64,000 bases of DNA from Camelus ferus (taxonomy: Eukaryota). Location: positions 118,112,001 to 118,176,000 of the forward strand of contig NC_045696.1 of assembly GCF_009834535.1 (NCBI RefSeq). Direction: 5' to 3'. The number at the start of each line of letters is the position of its first letter. Position 1 is the first letter of the stretch. The translations under genes and the position numbers were made by a program. Below the pieces are notes generated by a model, which saw only the letters and a program-made list of their open reading frames with translations, was not told where the DNA came from and made no database searches. This document shows, piece after piece, positions 24,080-36,519 of this stretch.

Positions 24080-26685
24080 TTCTTTTTAAATTGAAGTATA
24101 GTTGATTTACAATGTTGTGTTAATTTCTGGTGTACAGCATAGTGATTCATTTATACATATGTATATTCCTTTTCATATTTTTATTATAGGCCATTGCAAA
24201 GTATTAAGTATCATTCCCTGTGCTATACAGTATGACCTTGTTGTTTATCTGTTTCGTATATAGTAGTTAGTATCTGCTAATCCCAAACTCCTAATTTATC
24301 GCTCCCCCAACCTTTCCTTTTTGGTAACTGTAAGTTTGTTTTCTATGTTTGTGAGTCTGTGTTTTGTAAATAAGTTCATTTGTGTCCTTTTTTTAGATTC
24401 TACATAGAAGTAATATCATATGTTATTTTTCTTTCTGGCTTACATTACTTAGTATGACGGTCTCCAGTTCCATCCATGTTGCTGCCAGTGGCATTATTTT
24501 ATTCTTTTTTATGGCTGAGTAGTATTCCATTGCATATATATGCCACAGTTTCTTTTTTTTTTAAAACATTTTTTACTGATTTATAATCATTTTACAGTAT
24601 TGTGTCAAATTCCAGTGTTCAGCACAATTTTTCAGTTATACACGAACATATATATATTCATTGTCACATTTTTTTCTCTGTGAGCTACCATAAGATTTTG
24701 TGTATATTTCCCTGTGCTATACAGTGTAATCTTGTTTATCTATTCTACAATTTTGAAATCCCATCTATCCCTTCCCACCCTCCACCCCCTTGGCAACCAC
24801 AAGTTTGTATTCTATGTCTATGAGTCTATTTCTGTTTTGTATTTACGCTTTGTTTTTTTTGTTTGTTTTTGTTTTTGTTTTTTAGATTCCACATATAAGT
24901 GATCTCATGAGGTATTTTTCTTTCTCTTTCTGGCTTACTTCACTTAGAATGACATTCTCCAGGAGCATCCATGTTGCTGCAAATGGCGTTGTGTTGTCAG
25001 TTTTTCTGGCTGAGTAGTATTCCATTGTATAAATATACCACATCTTCTTTATCCAGTCACCTGTTGATGGACATTTAGGCTGTTTCCACGTTTTGGCTAT
25101 TGTAAATAGTGCTGCTATGAACATTGGGGTGCAGGTGTCATCCTGAAGTAGGGTTCCTTCTGGATATAAGCCCAGGAGTGGGATTCCTGGGTCATACGAT
25201 AAGTCTATTCTTAGTCTTTTGAGGAATTTCCACACTTTTCCATAGTGGCTGCACCAAACTGCATTCCCACCAGCAGTGTAGGAGGGTTCCCCTTTCTCCA
25301 CAGCCTCTCCAGCATTTGTCATTTGTGGATTTTTGAATGATGGCCATTCTGACTGGTGTGAGGTGATACCTCATTGTAGTTTTGATTTGCATTGCTCTGA
25401 TAATTAGCGATATTGAACTTTGTTTTTCATGTACCTAGTGGCCATTTGTATGTCTTTATTGGAGAAATGTTTGTTTAGGTTTTCTGACCACTTTTGGATT
25501 GTTTTTTGTTGTTGTTGTTACTAAGTTGTATGAGCTGTTTGTATATTCTGGAAAGTAAGCCCTAGTCAGTCACATCATTTGCAAATATTTTCTCCCATTC
25601 TGTGGGTTGTTTTCATTTTATTTATGATTTTTTTTTTCTGTGCAAAGGCTTATCAGTTTAATTAGGCCCCATTTGTTTATTTTTGTGTTTGTTTCTACTA
25701 CCTCAGTAGACTGCCTTGGGAGGACATTGTTATGATTTATATCAGAGAATGTTTTGCCTATGTTCTCTCCTAGGAGGTTTATGGTGTCTTATGTTTACAT
25801 CTTTAAGCCACTTTGAGTTTATTTTTGTGTATGGGATGAGGGAGTGTTCTAATTTCGTTGATTTACATGCGGCTGTCCAGTTTTCCCAACACCACTTGTC
25901 AAAGACACTGTCTTTTCTCGATTGTATATTCTTGCCTCCTTTGTTGAAGAGTAATTGACCGTAAGTGTGTGGGTTCATTTCTGGGCTCTCTGTTCTGTTC
26001 TGTTGATCCATATGTCTGTTTTTATGCCAATACCATGCTGTTTTAATTACTGTAGCTTTCTAATATTGCCTGAAGCCTGGGAGGATTATTCCTCCAGCTT
26101 TGTCCTTTTTCTTCAGGATTGCTTTGGCAATTCTGGCTCTTTTGTGATTCCATATTCATTTTAGGTTTATTTGTTCTAGTTCTTTGAAAAATGTCCTGGG
26201 TAATTTGATAGGGACTGCATTAAATCTGTAGATTACTTTAGGTAGTATGGCCATTTTAACAATATTAGTTCCTCCAATTCAAGACCGTGGGCTATCTTTC
26301 CATTTCTTTAAATCATCTTTAATTTCCTTAATCAGTATTTTATAGTTCTCTGCATACAAATCTTTCACCTCCTTGGTCAGGTCTATTCCTAAGATTTTTT
26401 TTTTCTTTTTTGATGCAATTTTTAAAGAAATTGTTTTTTACTTTCATTTTCTGATACTTTATTGTTAGTGCAGCAGATTTCTGTGTGTTAATCTTGTACC
26501 CTGCTACCTTGCTGAATTTGCTTCTCAGCTCTAGTAGTTTTTGTGTGGAGTCTTAAGGGTTTTCTGTATATAGTATTATGTTATTTACATCTAGTAGCAA
26601 TTTTACCTCTTCTCTTTCAGTTTGGATCTCTTTTGTTTTCTTTTTCTTGCTTGCTGTGAGTAGAATTTCCAATACTATGTTGAGG
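24080..26685 (-). mobile_element. L1 (3'UTR and ORF2 C-terminal half) with a second, younger-looking L1 3' end inside
   Basis: ORF2 peptides ([55 protein letters not shown]); candidate TSD tagtgattt (24071-24079) / tagtgactt (26686-26694). Confidence 0.93.
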
Positions 26686-26809
26686 TAGTGACTTAAATAT
26701 AAAAATATGAAACGGTTTAAAATTGAAAATAAGATACTATGGTCAGGTAGGTTGTAGGGAGAAAGTTAATTCCTTGAAAAGAATTAGAAATTCTAGAAAA
26801 AAAAAGTTT

Positions 26810-28178
26810 TTTTCTTAAGTGCTAACATGACGGTAAGAAATTACCAGGCCAAAATCTACATGAAGGTAGGAATTCAGCAAAGTAAGCAGAATATTAAAAC
26901 TGCTTTTCCTCTGAGGACATTTGCCACGTTCTAGGAAACTTTTACTTTGGTTTTGAAGGGCTCAGAAAGCACAGCATAAAGAAATTAAAGCTAAGATAGG
27001 CCCAAGGAGAGGAGTCTGATAGGAAATCCTTAACCTATAAAAACTGGGACTCCAAAGAGCGTCCACAGACAGTGCTTAAACCTGGATTAAAATCCTTACC
27101 ATCCTCGTGCTCTCAGGAATCTTCAAGAACAGCTGCCTCGGACCTGAAAAAAAAACCTGTTCTTAAGGAGTCATAACCATAGGTCTTCCCTCTTCCTGAT
27201 TTGCAGGTCATGTTCAGTGTTGCCTGGGTGGTACAAACCTTGCCTCAAGTTGTGAATTTAAAGTGGTTCTAGGTACCTTGGAGAAGCAAATAAAAGTCCT
27301 CTCAGGTAGAATATGTTTTTATCATAGGTCCTAGGGAATTCCTACAAATAATTTCCCAAAGAATTAGCTTACAATAAAATATAACCAAACACAGACGGAA
27401 ATAAGTCACCATAAGTGAAAAACAGCAGAAACAACTGACTGAAGTAGGTCCACAGAAACCTCAGATTTTGGAATTACCAGACAGCAATTATAAAACAACA
27501 TTATATTTACAAAAAGATGGAAAATATCTGCAAGGAGTGAGAAATTTGGCAGATTTGAAAAAGATCTGAACAAAACTTCTAGAAACAAAAAATACTAATG
27601 AAAAACTTAGTGTGGTTGATGATAGATTAAATACAACTAAAGAGAATTAATGAATAGGACATAGGAGAGAAATTATTCAGAATGTAGCATGAAAGACAGA
27701 GAAATGTATAAAAAGAAAGGGACTGAGATTTATAGAACATAGAATTAGAAGGTCTAATAGTATTTCATCAGTTTTCTAATTGTGAAAGGGAGAAATAATG
27801 GGAGAGGAGGCAATGTTTGAAGATAACCTAGCTGAGGATTTTTCAGAACTGGTGAAAAACAGCAGTCCACAAATTGATTAAGTTCTGAGAAATACAAGCA
27901 GAATGGCTAAAAGGAAATATACATTTAGACATACCATAGTGACATGGAGAGTACCACCAACAAAGAGAGTATCTTAAAAATTGGCAGTGAACAAAAAGCA
28001 GATTACTTTTAAAGTAGTTGTGGCAGTTACACTGACAGCTTAGGAGGAGAAATGGAAGTCAGAAAACAGTGGGATGGTATCTCATGATGCTGGGAAAAAA
28101 ATGGCCAGCTTAGTACTCTGTGCCCAGTAGAAATGCATTTCAAGAATAAGGGTGAAATAAAGACATTGTCAGACAGAA
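26810..28178 (+). mobile_element. Ancient L1/HAL1 5' region and ORF1 remnant
   Basis: A-rich; atggaagtcagaaaacagtggga...ttcaagaataagggtgaaataaagacattgtcagaca is the ORF1 C-terminal motif. Confidence 0.7.
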
Positions 28179-28714
28179 TTGTAAAATATTACTCTCTGAT
28201 TTTAAAGAAAACATGGATAGATATATTTTCTGATTGGTCCTGACATTTAGAATGAAAGATGCTAATAGAACTAAGCAGTTCTGAGCTTCACATAGTTATT
28301 TTGACCTTAGAAAATTATTATATTTATACTTAAACAGAGATACTGTTTTGCAATATTTTTACCAGTATAATACTCCAACTTTTGGATCTTTGCTCTGTTA
28401 AGAATCTTCAGTGTTGTTGCTGGAAACCTTTTGCAGTGATTAATGGATACTTTGAGTCTTGCTCAATCAATAATAAAATTTTTAATATTCACAGTTTTAT
28501 ATATTAAAGGTTAAGACAAGAAGAATTTGGAAAAAATTGTACCTTAGTGTTTGCAAAAATAACTTCTGGAAATGACTTTATTCTCATCTCCTGTCCCAAA
28601 TGCAGATTTCTGGGGAAAAAAATAGTGGAGGATGGTTTTTAACCCATGAACAAGGTTAGTATAAATAAGAGTCTGGAATAGTAGGAAGAACAAATAGACC
28701 TTAAAGTTAGTTAG

Positions 28715-28890
28715 ATGGACCTGGATTAGAATCTGGCTCTACCATTTAGTAATTCAGTCTTGGTCCTGTGACTTAACCCTTTGACACTTAGTTTTCTTAT
28801 CTGTAAAATGGGGATAAGGCTGCCTTGCAGGTCTGTCATGGGGAATAATGTTTATAAAAAGCCCTGAGTACAGCCTGGATCATTGTTACT
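28715..28890 (+). mobile_element. MIR
   Basis: gacctggattagaatctggctctacc...tgacttaaccc...gttttcttatctgtaaaatgggga. Confidence 0.75.
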
Positions 28891-29189
28891 ATTGAGTGAC
28901 AGAACAGTGAATTGAATCTGGCAGAGAATTTGAAATTGTTTACAAATGACAAAAAAAGTTGATCATACTTTTAATGTTGAAGAGTCATGGACACTGAAAA
29001 CAATGATACATTTTTTTGAAGTTAAGAAATTGTCAGCATGTGGCTTCACCTGTTGAGTTGATGGTTAATTTTGCATCACATCAGCTGTGTAAGCTGCCTG
29101 CAGGTTAGGTGGCTTCCCATTCTTCATGGTGGGTAAGGAGGAAAGATGCGATCAGTGACTTTATTTATAAAGTTAAAAAGACTTCCAGC

Positions 29190-29201
29190 CACAACAACAA
29201 C

Positions 29202-29231
<30 letters not shown>
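29190..29231. repeat. Compound (CAA)n(CA)n microsatellite
   Basis: Direct reading. Confidence 0.95.
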
Positions 29232-29234
<3 letters not shown>

Positions 29235-31214
29235 TATATCTGTATCTGTCTCTCTCTCCCCCATGGTTAAAATTCATGGCGACGGTTAATTTATGGTAAA
29301 CCTGAATATTTTAGGAATTTGATACAAAAAATGGTTATAAAGTATGTGCTTAAAACTATGGTTTAGTTTTCAGAAGTTAAATTCATTGGTCTCCAATAAT
29401 TTAGAGTAAGAGCTGTCAGAGCATCCTAATTATTGCTATTTGAATTGAGAAATCTAACTTCTATAAAATATTTAGATCTAAATTTTCCTTTCTCTGCTGC
29501 TGCTTGTTTATAGTCAAGACGTGAAATACAACCTTTTATAATGTGGAATTACTAGTTCACCTTGCACGTTCTTTTCTAGTTTTTTTGTTCTTTATTCAGT
29601 TACCCCTCATTGAGTAGTGATAACTGTGTAGAATATATTATCTGATTGCATTTTCAACCATATTTCTTATTATGGCAAAATTTTAAAAAATTTTAATGAA
29701 GGCAGTTCGGAGATTTTTATTTTGGAACATGACATCATTTTTAGATTATTGGTAATAGAGATATATTCGTAGCGTTTGAATTTATTCAGGTTACAGAGAC
29801 AAAGACTAAAAACAAATTAGGAACTTCTTTGTCTTTCATTGAAGTTCTAGAACTTCCAATCAAATACTTTGAAAATAGTTTGAGTAGAGATAATGACACA
29901 ACTTTATCTAAATAGACACATGCACAAATGCTTCCTCTTAAACATCTTAAATGTTTTAATTTTCTTGATTTACTTGAGACACTCATGTGATACAGGAATT
30001 GAGTAGCAGCAAATTTTGGTGCAGTTAGATCACGTTAGTGCTGCTTTTGATCTTGGAGGTAATTCCTTATAATCACAGACTTTAAAGAACGTTAAGATTA
30101 TACTTTCTAAGCTGATATATTTTGCATTAGTAAAAATACGTAGGATTAGAAAAGATACTGTATGAAATTCCTGTAGACAGTTTTTTTTTTCTTGTTGTTT
30201 ACATTTGACTTTGTTTTTCATATTTTGAGCTTTGGTTGTTTATATTCCACCAGCTGGTGATTTCTTTTTAACTAGTGGTTGTACTATGTGAAAAATTATA
30301 GGTTAAATTTGAATGAGCCCCTATTTTGTCTCTTATCTCTTCTAATCTTTTATATTGCAAACATGAGTTATTTCATGATATCAAACTCTTTGTGAATCAA
30401 AGTCATTCCTCATCAGAATAAAAATTACTAGTATAACCTGTAAGTTAGTATTTATTCATATAATTCTTCAGTACTCTAGTTTGACTCTTTTGCAGAATCA
30501 AAGAGATTTTTAGGTACAGTCATATCTTTACATTCTACAAAACTATTAAGAACACTGATTGATTAAAATCTGGTTTTAAGTTCATCCAGTAGTCTATTTT
30601 TAAAAATAGGATTTTCTAGCTACTAATGATTGCTTATAAAAAACAAGTAATGCTATCAGAGTTTACTAGGTTACTTTTGTCGTGTTTTGCTGAGAAAACA
30701 TTCAATTTTTGACATACTAAGTCATATTCTAGATTTGTAGTGGAAAACAGTGTAGTCTGTCCTTACTGACTTAACAATGTGGGTCGCTACTGTAGAATTC
30801 TGCAGAAAGCTTTCAGTTGAAACACTGTAGTATTTTTGGTCTAAAATATTATCTTTTATGAAATAGTTACACAGAAAATTATTCAGCAATCATTGCTGTA
30901 TTGAGAAGATCAGTGAAATTTGGTGAAAAATGTTTTTCATAATTAAGTTGATTATATTTATGAAATTGTCATATTTGATGATAACAAGGGATTATTGTTA
31001 ATATTGTTTGTTCTGATGGCATTGTGTTTATGTAAAAATGGAGTCTGTAGTTTTTATATTGTTTCAGTAAGTTGGGATAAAATTATAGGAAGTTTGAGAC
31101 AGATGAATAAATACAGTAAAATTGGAGAATTTGTTGAGTTTGGTTATGTATGTATAGGGATTCATTATTTTATTGTCAGTTTTGTATATGTTTATAAAAC
31201 GTTATTATAAAAAT

Positions 31215-31455
31215 CAATTACAGGTTATCAGGGCTAATAGGGAGGGGTGATGGAGAGTTATTATTTTAAATGGTACGGAGTTTCTGTTTGGGGTGGTGAA
31301 GAAGTTCTGAAAATGAATACAGGTGATGGTGGCACAGCATTGTGAAAGTACTTAATGCTACTGAATTTTACAATTAAAATGGTTAGAAATAGTACATTTT
31401 AATTTAATTTTTATTAAAATTAAAATTACTGTGTTTTACCATAATAATAAAAGTA
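31215..31455 (+). mobile_element. L1MB-like 3'UTR end
   Basis: atggtacggagtttctgtttggggtggtgaagaagttctg...gtgatggtggcacagcattgtgaaagtacttaatgctactgaa. Confidence 0.75.
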
Positions 31456-31639
31456 TCTAATAAAAATAACCGCTATGAGCCGTCATACTTTAGGGAAAAC
31501 CTTTGGGGGCATAAGGTGCCTTTTCTTTTCCCTTCCTTTTATTTTTCTCATTAACTTTTTCCTCCTTCATTATGCAGAGGAAGAGGGAGGAAAAGCACTC
31601 ATGTCGCATGGGCACTTACTGAATGGTGTTGGGTTCTAA

Positions 31640-31850
31640 AGTGATGTTCAGACTGCACGTTAATGCTTTGTGAGGTCACTTTGGTGGGTTGCTTCCAGCA
31701 TTTAAAAAAATGAGGAAATATCCAGTACATTGTGCACAGCATAAATGTGGTGATCAGCACATTTTGTTTTAGTTCTATAACGTGTATATGTGTACTGAGT
31801 TGTGATGTGACATGTATTCCTTCAGTGGAGTGAGCATTTTTAAAAAAGAA
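31640..31850. mobile_element. hAT-Charlie fragment
   Basis: tgtgtactgagttgtgatgtgacatgtattccttcagtgg resembles a Charlie4-type end as recalled. Confidence 0.4.
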
Positions 31851-32293
31851 GTAATATGGAGGATTTCGGGGATTGCTAGGAAGGAAATGTCAAAATTTGT
31901 ACACGTGGCCTGGGATAATAATTCAGATTTCACCAAGTTTTCAGACATTAATCAGACAACTAGGAGGAATAATTAACCAAGATCTGACAAGGCTTGTCTG
32001 TCAGCATGTGATGATAAGTCATGTACAAAGGTTTGGGAGTGGGCTGGTTGGTGGCTTGGTGATGCTGATCTCATTTTAGGACTTTTGTATCAGTGAGAAA
32101 TGTTTATTAGTTACACACTTCTTGGAGAAATGTTTATTACTTACACACTTTTTGAGGTAGGTCCTTTTTGTAATCTTTATTTGCAGAGCTTGACACGTTG
32201 TAGATGCTAAGTAAAGCTCTCTTTATATTCATTCAAAAAGTATTATTTATGTTAAAATGTGTGAAAGTTTGATAAATACAATTTAAAATACTA

Positions 32294-32388
32294 GGGGTGG
32301 TGGGTATGGCTCAGTGGTAGAGCCCATGCTTAGGTTCAATACCCAGTACCTCCATTAAAAAGAAAAAGAAGGCTATAAAAAAAAAAAC
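32294..32388 (+). mobile_element. tRNA-derived SINE with internal deletion
   Basis: gggtatggctcagtggtagagcccatgcttag|gttcaatacccagtacctcca plus A tail; lacks ~17 nt present between the A and B boxes in the 1698 copy. Confidence 0.8.
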
Positions 32389-32479
32389 CCTAACTAGAGA
32401 TGTCATGTTGTTTTTGCCTTTTCTTTTTGGTAGTGGCTTGAAATCACCCACAGGGAATATTATTCCAGAGAGGGCAGGG

Positions 32480-32670
32480 CAAAGACACTAGAGCCAGACA
32501 AGACTGAACTCAAATTTTGCTTCTCCTCTTTGCTAGAGCAATTAATTATGTAACCTTTTTGGGTTTCCATCTCCTCACTGTGAAATTGCTTGGTAGGGTT
32601 TTAGGAAAAATGAAGTGATTTACATAAAATGCCAGGCAGTGCATAGTTGCTCAGTATATATTTCTTATTA
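32480..32670 (+). mobile_element. MIR
   Basis: agagccagacaagactgaactcaaat...gggtttccatctcctcactgtgaaat. Confidence 0.6.
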
Positions 32671-33559
32671 ATGTCAGGCCCCTGTTTCTTTACAGATCTC
32701 ACCCTTTCAGAGTCTGTCATCTTAAACTGATCTTTTGCTTTAGTTGAGGATTATTGTCTAATATTTTTCTGTGAAGATACAGTACAAACTAATTCAGTGA
32801 TTAAGAAATATTGTTTATTAACAGAATAAAAACAAATAATAAATGTTCCCTCTGCTCTAGAAGTGTTTCATTTCCTGAAATATTTTATGGGTGGTGAGTT
32901 AGACTAGCTCTACTTAAGGAATTTGAGTTTATGATTACAGAAAAAGGGAGTTGAGAAGTCCAGTAATAATCCATTGTTAACACTAAACTGTTTACAAATT
33001 GTACCCTTGTTCCTTATGGTTAAAGCAACTCTTCAACTGTAACATTTTATGATCTTTTTAAAAATATGAAATAAGATTAATTTTTAAAGGTATATATTTC
33101 AACTGATTAGTTGGATTTGTCTTGAAAAAGGACTGAATTTCGTGAATTTGAATGATAAGTCACTGACAGAAAGGCTTTAACTTTTTTTTCCCTCTGAACA
33201 GATGTCTTGGCCTGCAGTGACTCCAACTCCCATATTCCTTCCAATTTTCTCCTTTACTGAGTAAGTTTTTAAAAAGTGACATTTTTATTATGAGTGATTG
33301 ACTTAATTCAGGCAAACACTGCAGCTAAGACTTCATTCCAGTGTAGAACACTTTGGTATCAATAAAATGCTAGATTCTTTATTTTCACTTTTACGAATTT
33401 AATGCATGGTTCCTTTTCTTCCCCTCCCACCCCCCATAACTGTATTAAGAATAATATTTTTATGTAATAAGCTTTCTTCAGGATTAAAAATTTTTATGCT
33501 TTGGTATGCTGTGGTGTTAACACTATTTGATACAAATGTTTAAATGATACTTAAACACG

Positions 33560-34060
33560 GAATCAGTCAGGATTCATCCGGAAAATGGTAACCACAGTAG
33601 GTCTTTTCAAGGGTCTTTCACAGTAGGTTCAATCCAAGAAATGGATGCACTGGTAATTGATCAGAAGCCAAAAGGGCCTGTGAAACAAACCAGATATTAA
33701 CAACTCTTGGAAGCCTCTGTGATCCCATTAAGGCTCTAGGAAGATGAGAAAAGCTGGTGTGGGTGGGCTACCGCCATGGCTAGGACTGCCTGATGGAAGC
33801 CAGGACAGCAGAGGACAGGGCTGTCTGGAGGACACTGGAGTTAGGGAAGAGACAAAGCTTCTGCCAAGGGTGTGTCAGGAGGGAGGGAGAATGGAGGAGA
33901 AATACTTGGGTTTTTCTCTCTTCTGCCTTCTTTTACCATCAGTGCCTCTCCACTGGCCAAATCTGCCTGGAAGTCAGAGGGCAAGGTTGCTTGGGAAATG
34001 CAGTTGCCTGTGATACAGAGCAGCACAGGGTAAGTCTGGGGAAATGCATCTGAAAGCATA
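33560..34060 (-). mobile_element. Old ERVL-type LTR
   Basis: tcagtcaggattc..gaaaatggtaaccacagtaggt and gtgcctctccactggccaaatctgcctggaagtcagagggcaagg blocks; family uncertain. Confidence 0.45.
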
Positions 34061-34249
34061 GCATTTGGTTGAGTAACTCAAGAACTTTGTTGCTAGTGTC
34101 TAATATTCATCAACATACCTGTGCATGGGGCATTAGCTATTAAGAAGACTGCTAAAAAAAAAAGCAAACAAAAAACTTACCCCCCAAAAAACTTTTTTTT
34201 TAACAGTGGAAAGAAATAAATCCTTGAAAACCAATATTAAGATCAGCAT

Positions 34250-34700
34250 TTCAGTTCAGTTAAAACATTTACTGAATGGCACTAATTAAGTAAATGAGAT
34301 ACAAAGTCGAAACACTTAGTTGTTGATTTGGGGGCACTCACAGCCTACTGGAAGAATTTTTTTTTTAAAGGATACTTTTAATTTTAGAATCTCAGTAGAA
34401 TGTGTGGTAAGTTAGAGATGGGCACATGTGTTGTGGGAACTCAAGGAAAGAGCTGCTGTTAATCCAGTCTTGTGGTTTATGGAATGCTTTCAGGAGTTGG
34501 GAAACCTGAGCTGAGCTTTAAAGCATTGTTCAGACCTGGTAAAAAGAGATGGCAGGGACGCTGCTGGGAGAATGAGTGGCTTGAGCAAAGGCTCCTAAGC
34601 CTAAAAGCCTAAAGCTCATGTGGGAAATTTCAGTCCGTGTTGCTGAGCATCGAGTGGGGCTCATAAGATGGGGCCAGGGAGCCAGGGAGAGACCAGGTTA
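34250..34700 (-). mobile_element. L2 fragment
   Basis: aacatttactgaatg...ggggcactcacagcctactgg...ctgagctgagctttaaag. Confidence 0.55.
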
Positions 34701-35439
34701 TTTTTATTCTCAAACTGATAGGGAGCTACTGAAGGTGGGGTGCCCTGATTAACTTTGGGCAGACCTGTGAAGAGCACATTGTACCAGTCGAGGTAATAGA
34801 GGAGATATGGACATAAACTCTCAAAGTTGTCTTTATGTCTCAGAGTCATTTGTTTCGTCTAAGTGTCTCCTAGTGCCAAGCTTCTCAGTCCATGTCCCAC
34901 TTTGATATATCCTTCCTTTATCTCATTTGAAAATTCAAAGTAAGTAATACGATTTTTAAAACAAAGAGATGGACAGAATGCTGTTTAATTTTTAAATTAC
35001 ACATGCCTCCCTGGATGTTCTGAGTTATTTGTCCTTGGGACTCCGGGGCTAGAAACAGAGGAGGTCCCAGACCCTGACCTCTGGTAGCAGGCATGGGGAC
35101 CACCCGCTGATCCTGGCCCAGGATGCTCTGGAGTGCCTGCAGGGTGCTTTGCTTTCCCGGATCCAGGCAGTAATTTCCTGTAGAAATTGCCTGGAGAAAA
35201 ATTTCCTCTGTTCGCTAATGTAGCTTCTGATATTGAAGAGTGACAGATTTGCAGTGTGACATTTAATTTTAGTAAATATATCTTTTAAAATACCAAAATC
35301 CTGCATTTGAATAAGATCCACTTTACACATTGATTTTAATGTATATTCTCTAATTTATTCTGATAATAAATGTGAGATAGGTGTTATTAGTGCTATTTTC
35401 TTTCTTTCTTTACACACTCCAGCCTATGTTATCTTACTC

Positions 35440-36050
35440 AAACTTCAGTGGGATTTCTACTATATCAGATGAGCAAGACAGAATTTTTGTCCTCAAGAAG
35501 CCTGTAATTCAATATGGGTCAACAGACATTATCATAATACGTGGCGTAAGAAATAAGTTAACTAGAAATAAAAACACTGTATTGAGGGACTTCAGAGGAA
35601 GAAGATATTTACTATATTTCACTGTGTCTAGGCTTATATTTTTTTAACACTCCTAAAATTGGCAGATGTTTTACAATTTGATGGCATCTTAGACTTGAAA
35701 AGTATACTTGGAAAGAAAAATACAGACATAGGTCTTGGAGGGTGAGGGATTTAGTTAAGGTGGAGAAAACAGCTCCTGGGCAAGAGAGCCATGGCCATGG
35801 GGTGCTGAGGGGGTGCTGAGCGCTTTTGGGAGGCTGCTGTTTAGGGCTGGAGACACGAGAAGTGACATTAGGTGGGATGCATCCACTCTGTAGAGGGTTT
35901 GGAATATGAAGCTGTGGAGGTGGAATTTTCTTCTGCAGTGAGTGGAAGCTCTGGAAGGGTTTGGAAAGAGAAAACATGGTACATATTACATTGTGAATTT
36001 CTTGACCTGTATTTGGGAACATAATGCTGAACTGGAAAAGAGGAATTGAA
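35440..36050 (-). mobile_element. L2 fragment
   Basis: tgtcctcaagaagcctgtaattcaa...gcagtgagtggaagctctggaagggtttgga. Confidence 0.55.
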
Positions 36051-36075
36051 GGAAGGGAAATTGAGCTGTTTTGAA

Positions 36076-36495
36076 CAGGCACCTCCCCAGTTTTCCAAAG
36101 TCGGCTTTATGCCACTTAGCTTTTATGAAAGACCTACATTAGTCCCTGTTTCTGTGCACTGGAAGAAATATGAAGAGGATTTTTGCTTTTATGAAAAAGG
36201 AGAAAAGTGGGAATAGTGGTCAGCCTTTGTTTTGCAGCCAGCTGTTCCAGAGGCAGTGCACTAAGCAGCGGGAGCAGCGCCGCCAAGCTCCTCCCTTGGA
36301 ACCACACTCAGCATCTCAGCATCAAGAGGCCATATCTTTGAACTGTGTCTCTGAGCATCTGTGCTTTATCTTGATTTATTTTCTGCCCCCGTTAGCAAGA
36401 TGTGTCCTGAGGTAATTGCTTTTTTGCTTCCTGCCATTTCAGCTTGTGAAAGCTTTCATGGGAACGGTCTGCTTGTGGGTAGTGGGGGAAACCTG
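36076..36495. mobile_element. TcMar-type DNA transposon MITE
   Basis: Imperfect TIRs caggcacctcccca / tgggggaaacctg followed by TA; internal repeated gcttttatgaaa. Confidence 0.65.
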
Positions 36496-36519
36496 TAGCT
36501 TTCTTAACGCCTTTTTTGG

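Noticed and set aside
35612..36082. 156-aa minus-strand ORF
   Set aside because: Overlaps a decayed L2 in the element's sense orientation; no supporting exon structure
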